Source: Eledone cirrhosa
Lineage: Eukaryota
Direction: 5' to 3'
Assembly (NCBI GenBank): GCA_964016885.1
Contig: OZ024743.1
Span: forward strand, 175,646,001-175,710,000
Length of the DNA: 64,000 nucleotides
Every line of letters starts with the position of its first letter. Position 1 is the first letter of the stretch. A program made the translations under genes and the position numbers. Under the pieces are notes generated by a model. It was not told where the DNA came from and made no database searches. It worked only from the letters and a program-made list of their open reading frames with translations. Positions 29,665 to 44,432 of this stretch are shown one piece after another.

Positions 29665-29785
29665 CATGGAACTCTTTTAACCATCTTTTGATTCTATATT
29701 ATTTATACTCCAGTCCTATAAACTGTTGAGTGCTACTTATCCGATATATGCATTGCTTTATTGTGCTACAGTAAAACTCACCTCC

Positions 29786-29985
<200 letters not shown>

Positions 29986-30439
29986 CATATATATATATAA
30001 TACTGATATTTTCACACTAATCTTTTCTTCGAATAATATTTCTAACACAACTTTACGTTTTGTTTACTTGGATAACAATGAAGAAATACACAATTTGTAA
30101 AAATAATTCTCCAGGGTCGTCTCTATTTGTTTAAAAAAAAAATGCATTATATTATTTGTATTTACGCTACTATAGAAGAATATAAATTCCAATGCCTATA
30201 AAGACACGTATCATTGATTATCTATTTGCATATCTTGTCTAATGTACTCTTACATGTGATTCATTTCTCCCTTGTATATTTTATAGTATTCACAACTGAT
30301 GGTTGATAAAAGTATTTAAGTTATAGAATCTGACGTTAGAAGATTAACATTGAGATAAATGCGTCAAAACTGTAACAGTTTTTGTTGCAAAATAAGCTGC
30401 AAGCAAATATAATGTGCTTATACGTTAAATCTAACATTT

Positions 30440-30473
<34 letters not shown>

Positions 30474-30544
30474 GTATGTATATATATATATCTATATCTA
30501 TACATATCTATCTACACACACACACTCATATATATATATATACA

Positions 30545-30595
<51 letters not shown>

Positions 30596-30599
<4 letters not shown>

Positions 30600-31008
30600 A
30601 AGCAAATTATAAACGTAAACATGTAAGTATGTTTTTGAAACGGTGCGCGAGTTTGAAATTAGAAATTAGAAATTATAAGCTTTCACCGTATTTTTAGACT
30701 AAAGAAATTTCTAGCCTGATAGTGGGGTTTATAACCCTCAGAGAAATGGAAAAAAGATGAGTGTTGCCGTACATGGGAGTCGAACCCACATCTTTGGTTA
30801 TCCAGACCACTGTGCTACCATTACACCAATACACATCCCATCTCCTTCCATTCGAATATAATTTGCTTGTTTATCATTCACTTGCTAAGTTCATAGCTTC
30901 TAATTCGAATCTTTTTCCATTTCTCCGAGCGTTATAAACCCCACTATCAGGCTAGAAATTTCTTTAGTCTAAAAATACGGTGAAATCTTATAATTTCTAA
31001 TTTCTAAT
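30596..31008. repeat. Palindromic insertion in (TA)n (arms about 30658-30757 and 30909-31008)
   Basis: Arms are reverse complements; spacer holds a tRNA-like sequence. Confidence 0.8.
30765..30836 (-). pseudogene. tRNA-like sequence (tRNA pseudogene or SINE head; apparent anticodon GGA)
   Basis: TGGTGTAATGGTAGCAC (A box/D arm), TGGT ctggata ACCA, GTGGG TTCGACT CCCAT (T arm); imperfect acceptor stem; T6 run about 10 nt downstream. Confidence 0.6.
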
Positions 31009-31444
31009 ATATATATATATATATATTGAGAAAGAGAGAGAGACGGATAATTAAATAGATAGATAGATAAATAGATAGGTAGATAGATAGATTAATAGCT
31101 AGATGGAAAAGTTCGATATAAATGAACCATGACAATTCACCACAAATCTTGGTATATCAATAACGAAAAGTAGAAAAAAAGGAAACTCATTTGAAACTCG
31201 GACATTCTATTAACAATATATAGTTATGGATGAATTCGACATCCCATATATCAACTATGAATTGAGGAAAACATTTCTTCAGCTTAAATGTTTTTTCTCG
31301 GTAAGGTGTAATACCTTTACTTACTACTCAATTATATTTTACAAACAGAAGTTGTTGTTTTATCAAGTGCATGTATGCCTTGATGTTCTCTCTATTTTCA
31401 GTCAGTCTCTGTCTCTCTCGCTCTCCCCAATTCTCATTATTGAG

Positions 31445-31580
31445 AGCGGTGGATTGGCAGTATCGGTAGAGGGTCGGACGCCATGCTTTGACGTATAGAG
31501 TTACGGCCCTTGCCATTCTGAGTTCAAATCCCGCCGAGGTTAACTTTGCGTTTCATCATTATGGGGTCGATAAAATAAAG
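31445..31580 (+). mobile_element. SINE copy, 3'-truncated
   Basis: A box, B box and core. Confidence 0.8.
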
Positions 31581-31851
31581 TTGATGGATGCGAATCCGAA
31601 ATATAGGGACAATTAATTCTCTCCCAAGGTAACTCTATCTCGTGTTATTATTTTTATTTTTTACCCTCTTTCCTACGTTCCTCTACACACTATACATCTC
31701 ATTCTACATTTCCTCTGACATCTATTTCTTCACCACCGGATTCTGTTACCCGGAGATTTACCCATCTGCATCGTTGAGGCTTCCTAAACGACCAAAAAAT
31801 AAGAAAAAAAATGTATTATTCCACAATGCTTCAAGTAAACTTCAATACTCT

Positions 31852-31904
<53 letters not shown>

Positions 31905-31907
<3 letters not shown>

Positions 31908-32352
31908 GAAGAGATATTAATTCTTTGGAAATCCAACAAATATAGATGTTTATAACTGATTCAGAGCACTCGACGGTTTCTGGAGTAAGTATTCAATGAT
32001 ATTAAATAAATGGAAACTATATTTATAAAACCATATTTATTCTATTATATATATTTCAAGGGTACCAAAAACAACTTTGGTACGCTTTCATCAGATAAAA
32101 TACAAAGTTTGTTTTATAAATAGAGACATACCCAGGAAAATCATATCTTATCAGTTAAATATTATCTATAAGACTATCCAGGGAATATTTAACTGATAAG
32201 GTATGATTTCCCAGAGTATGTCTCTATTTGTAAAACAAGCTTTGTATTTTATCTGATGACAGCATACCAAAGTTGTTTTGGTACCCTTGAAATATATATA
32301 ATAGAATAAATATGGTTTTATAAATATAGTTTCCATTTATTTAATATCATTG
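31905..32352. mobile_element. Palindromic insertion related to the pLTR of 47255-52692, with HHRs at 32038-32102 (-) and 32245-32308 (+)
   Basis: TATTTTAT-CTGATGA..CTT-GAAA-TATATA-TA|ATAGAATA. Confidence 0.85.
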
Positions 32353-32482
32353 TATATATATATATATATATAAACATATACATATAAACACACACAAACA
32401 TACACACACATATATATGTACATATACATATATATATACATGTACATATATATGTATAAACATATATATATATATATATATA

Positions 32483-32640
32483 TTTCGTTTCTGAATTTGT
32501 TTAGCAAGATTCTTTATCTGAAATCGTGTGTTGAAACCGATATTGTTATACTTTGGGAGGGTCATGTTGCCAATAAGAAACACACGCACTGGTGCGTGTG
32601 TTTCTTATTGGCAACATGACCCTCCCAAAGTATAACAATA
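32483..32640. mobile_element. Mini-palindrome of the 3' tip of PLE 42423-44313
   Basis: Arms 32541-32589 and 32592-32640 plus tail; matches 44205-44313. Confidence 0.85.
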
Positions 32641-32737
32641 TATATATATATTTATATATATATATATATATAAACATATATATATATAAACATACACACA
32701 CTCGTATATATATATATACATATATAAACACACACAC

Positions 32738-32779
<42 letters not shown>

Positions 32780-33229
32780 ACATATATATATATATACAGC
32801 GCAACATGCCATTTCTCGGTCATTAAAACTGTTTTTATTTGCGTGACTTCCTCTCTCTTTTTTCTGTTTCTTCATTGTTCTCTCCCTGTCTCTCCTCGCT
32901 CATTCCTACTTTGTCACTGTTCATGTCTCTTTCTCTTGCTTTCTCTCTGTTTCCCTTTCTTCCACTCTCTCCTTGTTTCTCTCATTATTGTCCTATTGTG
33001 ACCCCCCCCCCCTCTCCCACTTCTCTTCACCCATTTTTCTGACATTTATCTCTCAACTTCTGTAGGTAGCAGAACCTACTTAGTTAAACTCGGCCATCCA
33101 ACCACATATCGATGACGAAATAAAATAAACAAAACAATGTTTCCTTTCTTTAAGCGTTGGTATGTTGCATATTTTACATACAAAGTATTTTCCATATATT
33201 TCTAGTTGTGTTATTTTTATGTATTTGAG

Positions 33230-33445
33230 TGTTGGATTGGCAGTATCGGTAGAGCGTTCGGCACGTAGCTTCGCGGCATAGTTAAAACCCTTTACGTTCT
33301 GAGTTCAAATCCCGTCATGGTTAGCTTTACCTTTTATATTTACAAAGTCAATAAAATAAAGCACCAGTGATGCACTGGGGTCGATTTAATCGACTTCCAC
33401 CTCATTCCCAAATTTTGTTGGCCTTGTGCTTAAATCAGAAACTGT
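33230..33445 (+). mobile_element. Divergent SINE copy
   Basis: A box, B box and core. Confidence 0.7.
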
Positions 33446-33682
33446 TTCAGAAATGTATTTAGCTTTGTCGAAAGACACGCGTACATTTTCATACAAATTC
33501 TTTGATTTCTTATGGTCTCACATACATCTTACCAACAGGGTAGTTCTCTACTCTGTTGTTCAAATTAGCATCGCAAGTGCAAAACCACCTTAATTCACGA
33601 AATTGCACGCCAACAAGGTGGCTGAATGAGGTAGAAATACAGTTCTCTGTCTTAGGTAACTGCTTTTTATGTGTGCATTTTG

Positions 33683-34018
<336 letters not shown>

Positions 34019-34138
34019 TGGAATTTCGTATTTATAAAGAAATTCTGTTTATTGATAAACATTTAGAAAGCCGTAACTAGGCAAAAGACACAGGGGGTTA
34101 TCGCCCTCTAGTCGTGTCCTGCAGAAGCAAGGTGGACA

Positions 34139-34182
34139 ATCGTCGATGCATTTCCAACTTAACTGGTTCTCATCAGGACGAT
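34139..34182 (-). ncRNA. Minimal hammerhead ribozyme motif
   Basis: Minus strand: ATCGTC-CTGATGA-GAACcagttaaGTTG-GAAA-TGCA-TC|GACGAT. Confidence 0.75.
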
Positions 34183-34564
34183 CCCTTCCACACTGCTGGA
34201 TTTGTAAACAGTCAAGAATATATAGTTCTCTCATCTGTGTAAATGAGGAGATTAATCTCATTTGCATATGAAATTGCATAAGTTGGCTCAACTCATAATA
34301 GAATAGAATTAGGATTTAGCTTCAGGCATAGCTGTGAAATTCAAATACATATCTCTATACAGCGATGCCTGAAGCTAAATCCTAATTACCATAATAATAA
34401 TTATCAATCTCTATCATTTATAGTTGACAAAATCAGGTAAATAACCCTGCTGTACTTTACCTCATTCTCGTACACATTTCAAATTTCAAATTTTCTTAAT
34501 GTTTATATGTCAGCCCTCTTATTTAGACACACACATACACACCCACCGACATACACACACATAT

Positions 34565-34632
<68 letters not shown>

Positions 34633-34880
34633 ACATATATATATATATCAAAAGTATATATTGAGTTCAAAACTCTGACGTGAGTTTTTAACTCAGTATA
34701 GACTTTTGATAAATTAAGCCCCTATGCTTTTGTTGAGCTTTTAATATATGTAATGGCTGCTATTTTTTTAGTAGCTTACGTTCTATTCGACCCGCTAGGC
34801 ACGCGATACCATATGCATTTTTTTTCTCTTAACACACGCGCATTCTAAGGAATTTAGTAGTGGAGTGATTACTGATCCGA

Positions 34881-34957
34881 ACATTCACTGAAGAGCATTG
34901 GATCATAACTCTCGTCACTGAATTGCGAAACAGCTCTACCCAAAGCTGTCTGGATGT
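34881..34957 (+). ncRNA. Hammerhead ribozyme motif with all three stems well formed
   Basis: ACATTCA-CTGAAGA-GCA..TGC-GAAA-CAGCT ctacccaa AGCTG-TC|TGGATGT. Confidence 0.8.
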
Positions 34958-35108
34958 CGAAAGTTATCCTAATTGGTTTGTAAATCTTAATTTATCCTGT
35001 TAATCGAGTCTTGTGAACCGTATTATCTTTAGTTAGTATTTTCTTCTCCCTGGCGGTTTCCGTCTCTTGTGATTTGAACGCATATATGTATATATCTGTG
35101 CTTGTCTC

Positions 35109-36551
35109 TCTTTATATAAAACTGAAATTGTCTCTGTGTGTGTCCCCTATTTTTGCAAAGTCTATACAAATCCACATTTCTACTCTGATTGACTTCAAAC
35201 TTGCATTTATATATTCCTTGCCGTCTAAAGATATTAACTGTAGCTTTTATTTTTCAATTTTCTGTTGTTAAAGGGGTGTTAGGCGCCGGTTAGCGATCTC
35301 ACTCTCTTTCTTAGTCTCTCTTTTTAGATAGATACATAGCTATAACGTCGCGCCCTTATAATATCTGTCTGTATGTCTGGATGTCTGCATTACGACATTA
35401 TGAAAACATTGTTCTCATTGCTGACGTATTATCTTCGCTATTTTTCCGTTCATTGCCAGGGAACGTCTTCACGAACCAAAGTATCGTCTTCCTGTTTTCC
35501 TTCGGTTGCAACGTTTTTCGAAATATTTACTTCTGCGTTCACAGTTTGATCAGAAGATCCCGTTAAGGGTGAGAGTAGCGATTCTTTGCTTAAACTTTAA
35601 TCTGTTATTTTAATATATATATATATAATTATATATTCGTGTACAGATAGTTTTGCATACACAAAAATAAAATATAAACAAACGTATTTATTTCACGAAA
35701 GCACAGACGGCTTATCGTCATTGTTACTGCCGATATGCCACCCAAAAAGTCCCAGTACTTTTGGCACAAGGCCAGAAATTACGTATTCAACGGTTTGGAA
35801 ATCACATGCATCACCGACGAGTTTACTCCTTACTCTTCCAGTTAGTACTAGTGTACTTCGTCCTGCTTTTAGGTCATGCCCCGAAAGAAGAGATACTCCA
35901 TTGGCTGAAATACTGCGAAAACGGAAAGAAAAAGAACAAGGTGGGCAAACGAATCGTCAGTGGAATCTACTATTCGACGGTCGCAAGATGCTGAACGTAC
36001 TGCCACCAGAAGAGCACTTGAAACAGACAACCAACAGACCATTCGCCGAACCGTGTCAGCTTTGCAATGTCTATCAACAAATCCCAGAGTCAGACCCTAG
36101 CTGTTGCTGGTGTTCTTTTGGAAGAGTCATGTTTTTCACACGGGCAACTATACGTTGGCTGCTCAAGGGTGGGAAGCAAGACAAATCTCTTTGCATATGC
36201 CCGACACTGAAGAACAAGGAAGATTCTGTACAAAGAGGTACTACAACCATTGTTTAGGTAAATGAGGCAGAAGGGGATATACACGATTGGCTGAAGAAGG
36301 ACGAGACTGTGTTAGTAGTACGACCAACGGCTGTTATCACACCAACAGCAGCAAAAACAACAACAAAAAAGAGAGGGAACGCAATGACATGCTTCTGAAA
36401 AATCTTAATGGAAAATTACTTGCCTAAGCACAAAATGTAGACAGCATCGCCAGGCCGAGGTATTCCGTACTTCTCTGTACTGCTTCAGAAAGGAGACATA
36501 AACATGCCAATCTATGCTTAGAAGCCCGAGCAACGCCGGGCCATTCTGCTA

Positions 36552-36552
<1 letters not shown>
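35109..36552 (+). mobile_element. Internally deleted Helitron
   Basis: 5' TCTTTATATAAAA..; 3' hairpin GCCCG agcaacgc CGGGC (36524-36541) then CTAG|T; helicase remnant inside. Confidence 0.8.
36052..36261 (+). pseudogene. Helitron PIF1-like helicase C-terminal remnant
   Basis: A frame absent from the ORF track reads RVSFAMSINKSQSQTL..CFSHGQLYVGCSRVG..ILYKEVL. Confidence 0.85.
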
Positions 36553-36610
<58 letters not shown>

Positions 36611-36613
<3 letters not shown>

Positions 36614-36864
36614 ATAATAATAAATTTGAAGACTAAAATCCAAAGAGGGCTCGATAAGGATAAATATATATCAAGTATATAAGAACCGTAGAGCAAATAT
36701 TTATTAAAACAGATTAAAGTTTAAACAAAGAATCGCTGCTTTCACCCGTTAAGCAGCGATTCTTTGCTTAAACTTTAATCTGTTATTTTAATAAATGTAT
36801 ATATATATTTGATATATATTTATCCTTATCGAGCCCTCTTTGGATTTTAGTCTTCACATTTATA

Positions 36865-36870
<6 letters not shown>
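36611..36870. mobile_element. Family C mini-palindrome; centre lies in HHR stem II (about 36745)
   Basis: GAATCGCTGCTT tcacccgtt AAGCAGCGATTC. Confidence 0.8.
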
Positions 36871-37563
<693 letters not shown>

Positions 37564-37589
37564 AGAGAGAGAGAGAAAGAGAGAGAGAG

Positions 37590-37620
<31 letters not shown>

Positions 37621-38067
37621 AGCATATACATATGTATGTGCCTGTGTGTAAGTGTATGTGTGTGTTTGGAATTAAAGAAATAGAAAGAGAGCGAGAGAGT
37701 GAGAGCAGGAGAGAGGGGGAGAGGGAAAGATACTGTTGGAGATGATTTTGATATAGTAAAAGCGAAATCCCCAATGATTTGAATTAAATATTGAATCTGA
37801 GTCACGGCAATGTCAAAGTAGGTGTCAGACAGAATTTCTCCGTTATTTCCTTAACTTCTTTCACAAAGATATATACACATATACATGCTTACACATATAC
37901 ATGCTTACCCATATACATGCTTACACATATACATGCTTACACATATACATACATACACACACAGAACTCATATATATATACATATACGTGTATATATTTA
38001 TATATATATATATATACACACACGTATATATATATAAAGTATGTATGTATATCTCTCTCTCTCTCTC

Positions 38068-38171
<104 letters not shown>

Positions 38172-38629
38172 TACATACATACTTTTACAAACACACGCAT
38201 ACACATATATATATACATAAAATCTATATAAATAATATATATACATATATATATATGTGCATGTGTGTGTATGCGTGTGTGTTTGTGTGTACATATGCAT
38301 GTATGTATAGTCACACATTTATAATTGTATGAATGTATTATGTTGTCATGCAAAACACTTTTATTGTGTGTTGAGATCACGCTTAACGTGGTACTAGCTT
38401 CCGGCTGCCATGACAGTTTTTGCAACAGATTCTTTTGTTCATCTAGTTTGTTGTTTTTTGTTTCTTTCATTTGCCTTCTTCCCTTATATTTTCTGTTTCT
38501 TTTCTTTATTTCATCTTCCTATAATTATTAGTATTTCCTTAATGTCTACTTTATGTAAACCCTTGTGGTTAATAAAGAAATCATTAATATTATTATTATT
38601 GTTATTTTTATTATTATTACTATTTTTGT

Positions 38630-39215
38630 TAGGATGGTGCAGTGGCAGAATTGTTAAAGCGCCGATAAAATGCTTTGCGGCGTTTGCTCCTGCTCTTTAC
38701 ACCCCGCCCAAGTCAACTTTGCCCCTCAGGCTTCCATAAAATACAGTCCTACTTAAATACTGAGGTTGATATAATAGACTTCTCTTTCCTCCAAATTGCA
38801 GGCCTTGTGCCACGCTTAGAAATCATTTGGCAGTATAGGCAGAGAGTCGGACGCCATGTTTTGCAGCATAGAGTTACCGCCCTTTATGATCTGAGTTCAA
38901 ATCCAGCTGAGGTTAACTTTGTCTTTCATCCTTACGGGGTCGATAAAACAAAGTACCAGTAATGTACTGGTTATTGCTGGCCTTGTGCCAAAAGTAGAAA
39001 CAATTATTATTGGCAATATCGGTAGTGTGTCGGACAACATGCTTCGCAGCATAGAGTTACGAACCTTTACGCTCTGAGTTAAAATCGCGCCAAGGTTAGA
39101 TTTGCCTTTCATCCTCATGGGTCGATAAAATAAAGTACCAGTAATGTATTGGGGTTGATTTTATCGACTTTCTCCACACATTCAAATTGCTGGCCTTGTG
39201 CCTAAAGTAGAATCA
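38630..39215 (+). mobile_element. Three tandem SINE copies
   Basis: Repeated core and tail motifs. Confidence 0.75.
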
Positions 39216-39450
39216 ATCATTGTTGTTATTGTTGTTTTTATTACTATTATTGTTATCATAATCATTGTTATCATCATCATCCTCATCATCATCATCACCA
39301 TCTTCACCATCATAATCAACAGCAACAGCTGTAAAAGCAGCTTCATGACCATACCACCACCTCCAATACAAACCCACACCAACTAAACTACCACCACCTA
39401 GTCTGTCACCATCTATGGTCATCACCGCTATTTCAATTGCTATTTCTTAC

Positions 39451-39524
<74 letters not shown>

Positions 39525-40119
39525 CTTTATTGGAGAATATTTTCTGGAGGGTATGATTGAAAAGACTAAGAACAAGCACTTCTTATTTTCAGCCAAGTCG
39601 TCAACAAATGTTTCACCTGGTGAAGGTGACAGGGAGAAAGATAATTATTGCACTACAGAAAATTTACTGAAAGGCATATGTGATTGGAGATTATGACTCA
39701 AGTGAAAATCTACTTTCAGCATGCGCTTGGTAACATGACAATAAGGGTTATTCGGAACATGAGAGGGTTCCTGTTTAGCCCCTTGTGATTGACCTGATGC
39801 GGTGGATTAAGCTTGCATGGGGTCCCTGGCTGTAAATTTTATCGGGGTTATTGAATATTAAATATGGTTGCAAAAAACAGATTATAATAATTTAGAGCCA
39901 TTTAAATATTGTCAAGCTCTGGCTACATCACGCTCTGACCCGAATCCTTAATCTGCTAAGGTGGGGTGGTTGTATGTGTTTTTTGTTACTCCATGCTCCC
40001 CATATATATCAATTTTCTCGTTGTAACGTCGTCTTCAATCATCTCACTTGTGGCAAATAAAGAAATGATTTGAATTTCTAGAAATAGTAACAAGTGCAAC
40101 AGAAGTATGATTATTATTA

Positions 40120-40865
40120 GAGGGCGGTGGATTGGAAGTATCGGTAGAGCGTCAGACACCATGCTTTGCAGCATAGAGTTATGGCCCTTTACATTCTGAG
40201 TTCAAATCCCGCCGCTGTTAACTTTACCTTTCATCCTTACGGGGTCGATAAAATAAAGTACCAGTAATACACTGAGATAATTGCTGGCCTTGTGCCAAAA
40301 GTTGAAACAATTATGAGTAGTAGTATTGTTTCTACTTTTGGCACAAGGTCAGCAATTAATCAGTGCATTACTGGTACTTTATTTTATCGACCCTGTAAGG
40401 ATGAACGGCAAAGTTAACCTCGGTGAGGTTTGAACTCAGACCATAAAGGGACGTAACTATGCTGCAAAGCATCACATCCGACCCTCTACCGATACTGCCA
40501 ATCCACCCCATTCTGAGTTCAAATCCTGCCGAGGTTGACTTTGCCTTTCTTCCTTACGGAGTCGATAAAATAAAGTAGCAGTAATGTACTGAGTAATTGC
40601 TGGCTTTGTGCCAAACGTAGAAACAATTATTAGTAGTAGTATTGGTGAGGGCGATGGCTCGGCAGAATTAGTAGAGTGTCAGACAACATACTTAGCCACA
40701 TATATCTGCGGCCCATTGCGTTCTGGTTCATATCCCGCCGAGGTTACCTTTGTCTTTCAGCCTTACGGGGTCGATAAAATAAAGTACCAGTAGCGTACTG
40801 GTGTCGATATAATCGAGTTTTCCCTCCCCCAAAATGCGAACCTTGTGCCTAAATCAGAAACCATT
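40120..40865. mobile_element. Four SINE copies (+, -, +, +)
   Basis: About 40120-40315 (+), 40325-40508 (-), 40510-40630 (+), 40648-40865 (+). Confidence 0.8.
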
Positions 40866-41140
40866 AGTAGTAGTAGTAGTAGTAGTAATAGTAGTAGTAG
40901 TAATAGTAGTAGTAACAGCATTAAATTTAGCAGCAGCGATAATATGGATAGTAGTAGTAGTAGTAGTAGTAGTAGTATCATATGTACCGTCACCATCAAC
41001 ATCACCGTCATCACCATCATCATCATCATCATCAAATCATCATAATCACCATCATCATCACCCTCATCATCACCAACACCGTCACCATCGTCAACATTAT
41101 CATTATCATCATCATCAACATCATCATGATAATCATGACC
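40864..41140. repeat. (TAG)n and (CAT)n trinucleotide repeats
   Basis: Direct reading. Confidence 0.85.
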
Positions 41141-41337
41141 CTATAAAGGTTATGGCATTGGTTTTTTTGCCCAATTATTTAAAAGATTCCTATATATTTC
41201 TGTGGAATAAATAACTTCCATGCCACAGCCGCCATAAGCTGTAGTGAAAGATTAGTGTTCAATCTATTGAACAACAATTGTGAACAGACAATTAACAGTG
41301 AATTTAACTTTTACCTCGCCTGTCACATCTAAAAACA

Positions 41338-41528
41338 ATAATTGTTTCTACTTTTGGCACAAGGCCAGCAATTATCCCAGTGTAATACTGGTACTTTATT
41401 TTATTGACCCCGTAAAGATGAAAGGCAAAGTTAACCTCGGCGGGATTTGAACTCAGATAATAAAGGGAGGTAACTCTATGCTTCAAGCATGGCCTCCGAC
41501 CCTCTACCGATACTGCCAGTCCACCGCA
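41338..41528 (-). mobile_element. SINE copy
   Basis: Full head, core and tail. Confidence 0.85.
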
Positions 41529-41724
41529 ATAATAATATAACATGTCTAATGATGATTCAAAATGTTACTTGCACATACATATAGATATATATAGATAAAT
41601 ACAGATGTATAGGTACTCACACATAAAAACACACATATATATGTACATATATATACTGCATATGCATATATATATATATATAAATATGTATCTATGTATG
41701 TATATGTATATATGTATTTATGTC

Positions 41725-42190
41725 GGGTCACCCTTGAGTGATACTGGTAACATGTAACCCAGTACAACCTGTCGCATGGTCGGATCGTCGGCGACTAAAC
41801 CGGCAACCCCACCACCCAACCAAGTTTACTTGGTGAGGTGGGTGATTTTGCACACCCTCCAGGACAAAAAACAAAACCTGACAAAGGGTGGAAGAACTCA
41901 TAAGAGTCAACTGCCATCCGAAAGTGTGTAAATATGTATATAGACATGTACCGCGCGGTTAAACCACTGGGAGTGAAGGACCCCTAGCCTTTGTCAGGGC
42001 ATTCCTCTAGGAGAAGGCAACTCAGGAAACTGGGATAACTCCGATATACGATATAAAACCTGTGGCTCAGTAGTTACCGATGATGATGATCTTTTCTTCT
42101 TTTCTGGTTATAGCTACTGTCGCTCAGAGAGTGGGATTGGCCCAGTGCAGTCTTTCCTCATTTTAAAAAATATCTTCACGCACAGGCATT
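41725..42190 (+). mobile_element. Dispersed repeat (SINE or LINE 5'-like), partly shared with 18665-18870
   Basis: Internal homology within the window. Confidence 0.5.
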
Positions 42191-42575
42191 GCACGATAGA
42201 ATTAATTAATTATTTATTAATAATGGTATATCGTGCAATGGCCATACTCGATAACGAGGGGGAAGCCATCATAAGTATATATATATATATATATATACAC
42301 ACATTTGAAAATGAAAACCAGGGTTGTTGTTCAAAGCATTGACCCTAGCCTGACACACCTTACCAAAAACAATAGTAAATTATTCCACTCTAATTCCTTA
42401 TATATATATACATATATATATATATTGTTATACTTTGGGAGAGTCATGTTGCCAATAAGAAACACACGCACCAGTTGCTTTCACTTCAATTTATTATAAT
42501 AAATTTTAAAATTTAGGAATTTATATATTTCCGGTTGGTTGGTTGGTTCCACAACCAGATGATTGTTTATATATT

Positions 42576-42617
42576 GTCAAAGTTCTTTCGTCACACATTC
42601 TGTGACCTCTTCAGTGA
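42576..42617 (-). ncRNA. Hammerhead motif in the inverted pLTR
   Basis: Reverse complement of 44053-44095. Confidence 0.6.
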
Positions 42618-42638
42618 GGTGACATAGCTAACCTATTC

Positions 42639-43316
42639 ATGGTATGGTGGGACAATAGAATTAAACTTAAACTTAAAGAACAATTAGAAGACAGCAACCC
42701 CTTAACCCTAATAATGTACTCCCGCTACGTTGATGATATAAACATCGTAGTAAAATCACCCCCACTAGAGAACAGTCAAGAATTAGAGAAAAACACCATG
42801 GAAAGCATCCAGCAAATAGCTAACTCCATCCACCAGAGTATTAGAGATACTATAGACTACCCAAGCAAACACCCCAACCATCGATTACCTGTACTAGACA
42901 CAGAGCTCTGGTTAGATACCATTAATAACAAAAAACAAATCCTCCATTCCCATTATGCCAAACCCATGACTTCCAAATATCTGATCCACCGAAACTCAGC
43001 TGTTTCGGACCATACCAAAATCAACATACTGATTGCGGATTTGGTACGGGTGATGAGAAACGTGTCTCGCATGTGCAACCCCAAAGAACTAGAGAGACAC
43101 ATACAATACTTCATCCACCGTATGCAGTTCACTGGTTACAATCAGAGAGATAAAATCAGAGTATATAGAGGAGCCAGAACCAAATGGGAAAAAATGGTAA
43201 CTAATGACACAAATGGGACCTGCCCCTTGTACAGGAGCAAATTTTGGAATAGAATAGAAAGAACTAGGAATAAGATTAATAGAATAAACTCATTGTATGA
43301 TAGCAATAAATACTAG
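42639..43316 (+). pseudogene. PLE reverse transcriptase C-terminal half
   Basis: YVDD motif and thumb; continues into an endonuclease with stops and frameshifts to about 43830. Confidence 0.85.
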
Positions 43317-44052
43317 AGTGTAATGTTCATCGATACAACCCCTAGAGGTGAATTAGCTTACAAATTTAGAAGGGCCCTAGATAAACATAAACTCAATATT
43401 AAGATAGTAGAAAGACCAGGTAACTCCATAAAACACTTATTAGCAATACATACCCTTTCCAAAGACCTCCCTGTATAGATAAGAAATGTATAATCTGTAA
43501 ATTAAGCCCTCATATTAACTGCAAAACTAGAAATGTAGTATATAGCATAAGATTTACTGAAGGACAATGTAGAGATAAAAATATAGTGTACATAGGTGAG
43601 ACAGCTCGTAGTATAGGGGAATGGATAAATGAACACTGGCGAGACATTCAAGATAGTAAAGAATCATCTGTACTCTACCAACATGTTAAAATAGAACATA
43701 AGGGTAAATTAGAGAACAGAAATAAAAATAGAATCTACACACAGAAAAGACGCAATGTTTAGACAAATCACAGAGGCAATAAACATAAATGAACTCCAAC
43801 CAAAATTAAATAGAAAACATGAATGGAACAGCAACATCACAACTTACAATTAAGGACAAAATGAAAACACACACGCACATAGAACAAACAACCAACCAGT
43901 AACATGTAAATAAACAAATAGATAAACAAATATAAACACATACAGACACCCGGATGTAACACATGCGCAAACTAAGCACACAACACACACAAAAACAAGA
44001 TGGCGTAGGACAGAACAAAGGAGAGGCACAAAAACAAAGAAAAGAATCCTCA

Positions 44053-44095
44053 GTCACTGAAGAGGTCACCGAATGTGTGACGAAAGAACTTTGAC
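44053..44095 (+). ncRNA. Minimal hammerhead motif
   Basis: GTCA-CTGAAGA-GGTCAC..GTGAC-GAAA-GAAC-TT|TGAC. Confidence 0.65.
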
Positions 44096-44334
44096 AATAT
44101 ATAAACAATCATCTGGTTGTGGAACCAACCAACCAACCAACCAACCGGAAATTTATAAAGTCCTAAATTTATAAATTTATTATAATAAATTGAAGTGAAA
44201 GCAACTGGTGCGTGTGTTTCTTATTGGCAACATGACCCTCCCAAAGTATAACAATATCGGTTTCAACACACGTTTTCAGATAAAGAATCTTGCTAAACAA
44301 ATTCAGAAATGACATATATATATATACATACACT

Positions 44335-44432
<98 letters not shown>

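Larger units (their letters stand above)
42423..44313 (+). mobile_element. 5'-truncated PLE of a second clade with inverted 5' pLTR (42423-42617)
   Basis: YSRYVDD, LPVLDTEL, HYAKPM..; downstream CKTRNVVYSI..VYIGETARSIG (GIY-YIG); the inverted repeat matches 44054-44255. Confidence 0.9.

Noticed and set aside
35721-36257. 178-aa ORF
   Set aside because: Off-frame overlap; the meaningful frame is the Helitron helicase remnant
40834-41214. Poly-Val/His ORF
   Set aside because: Translation of (TAG)n/(CAT)n repeats
41725-41815. Possible HDV-like ribozyme at the 5' end of a repeat
   Set aside because: Only a P3-like hairpin is seen; P1 and P2 could not be assigned
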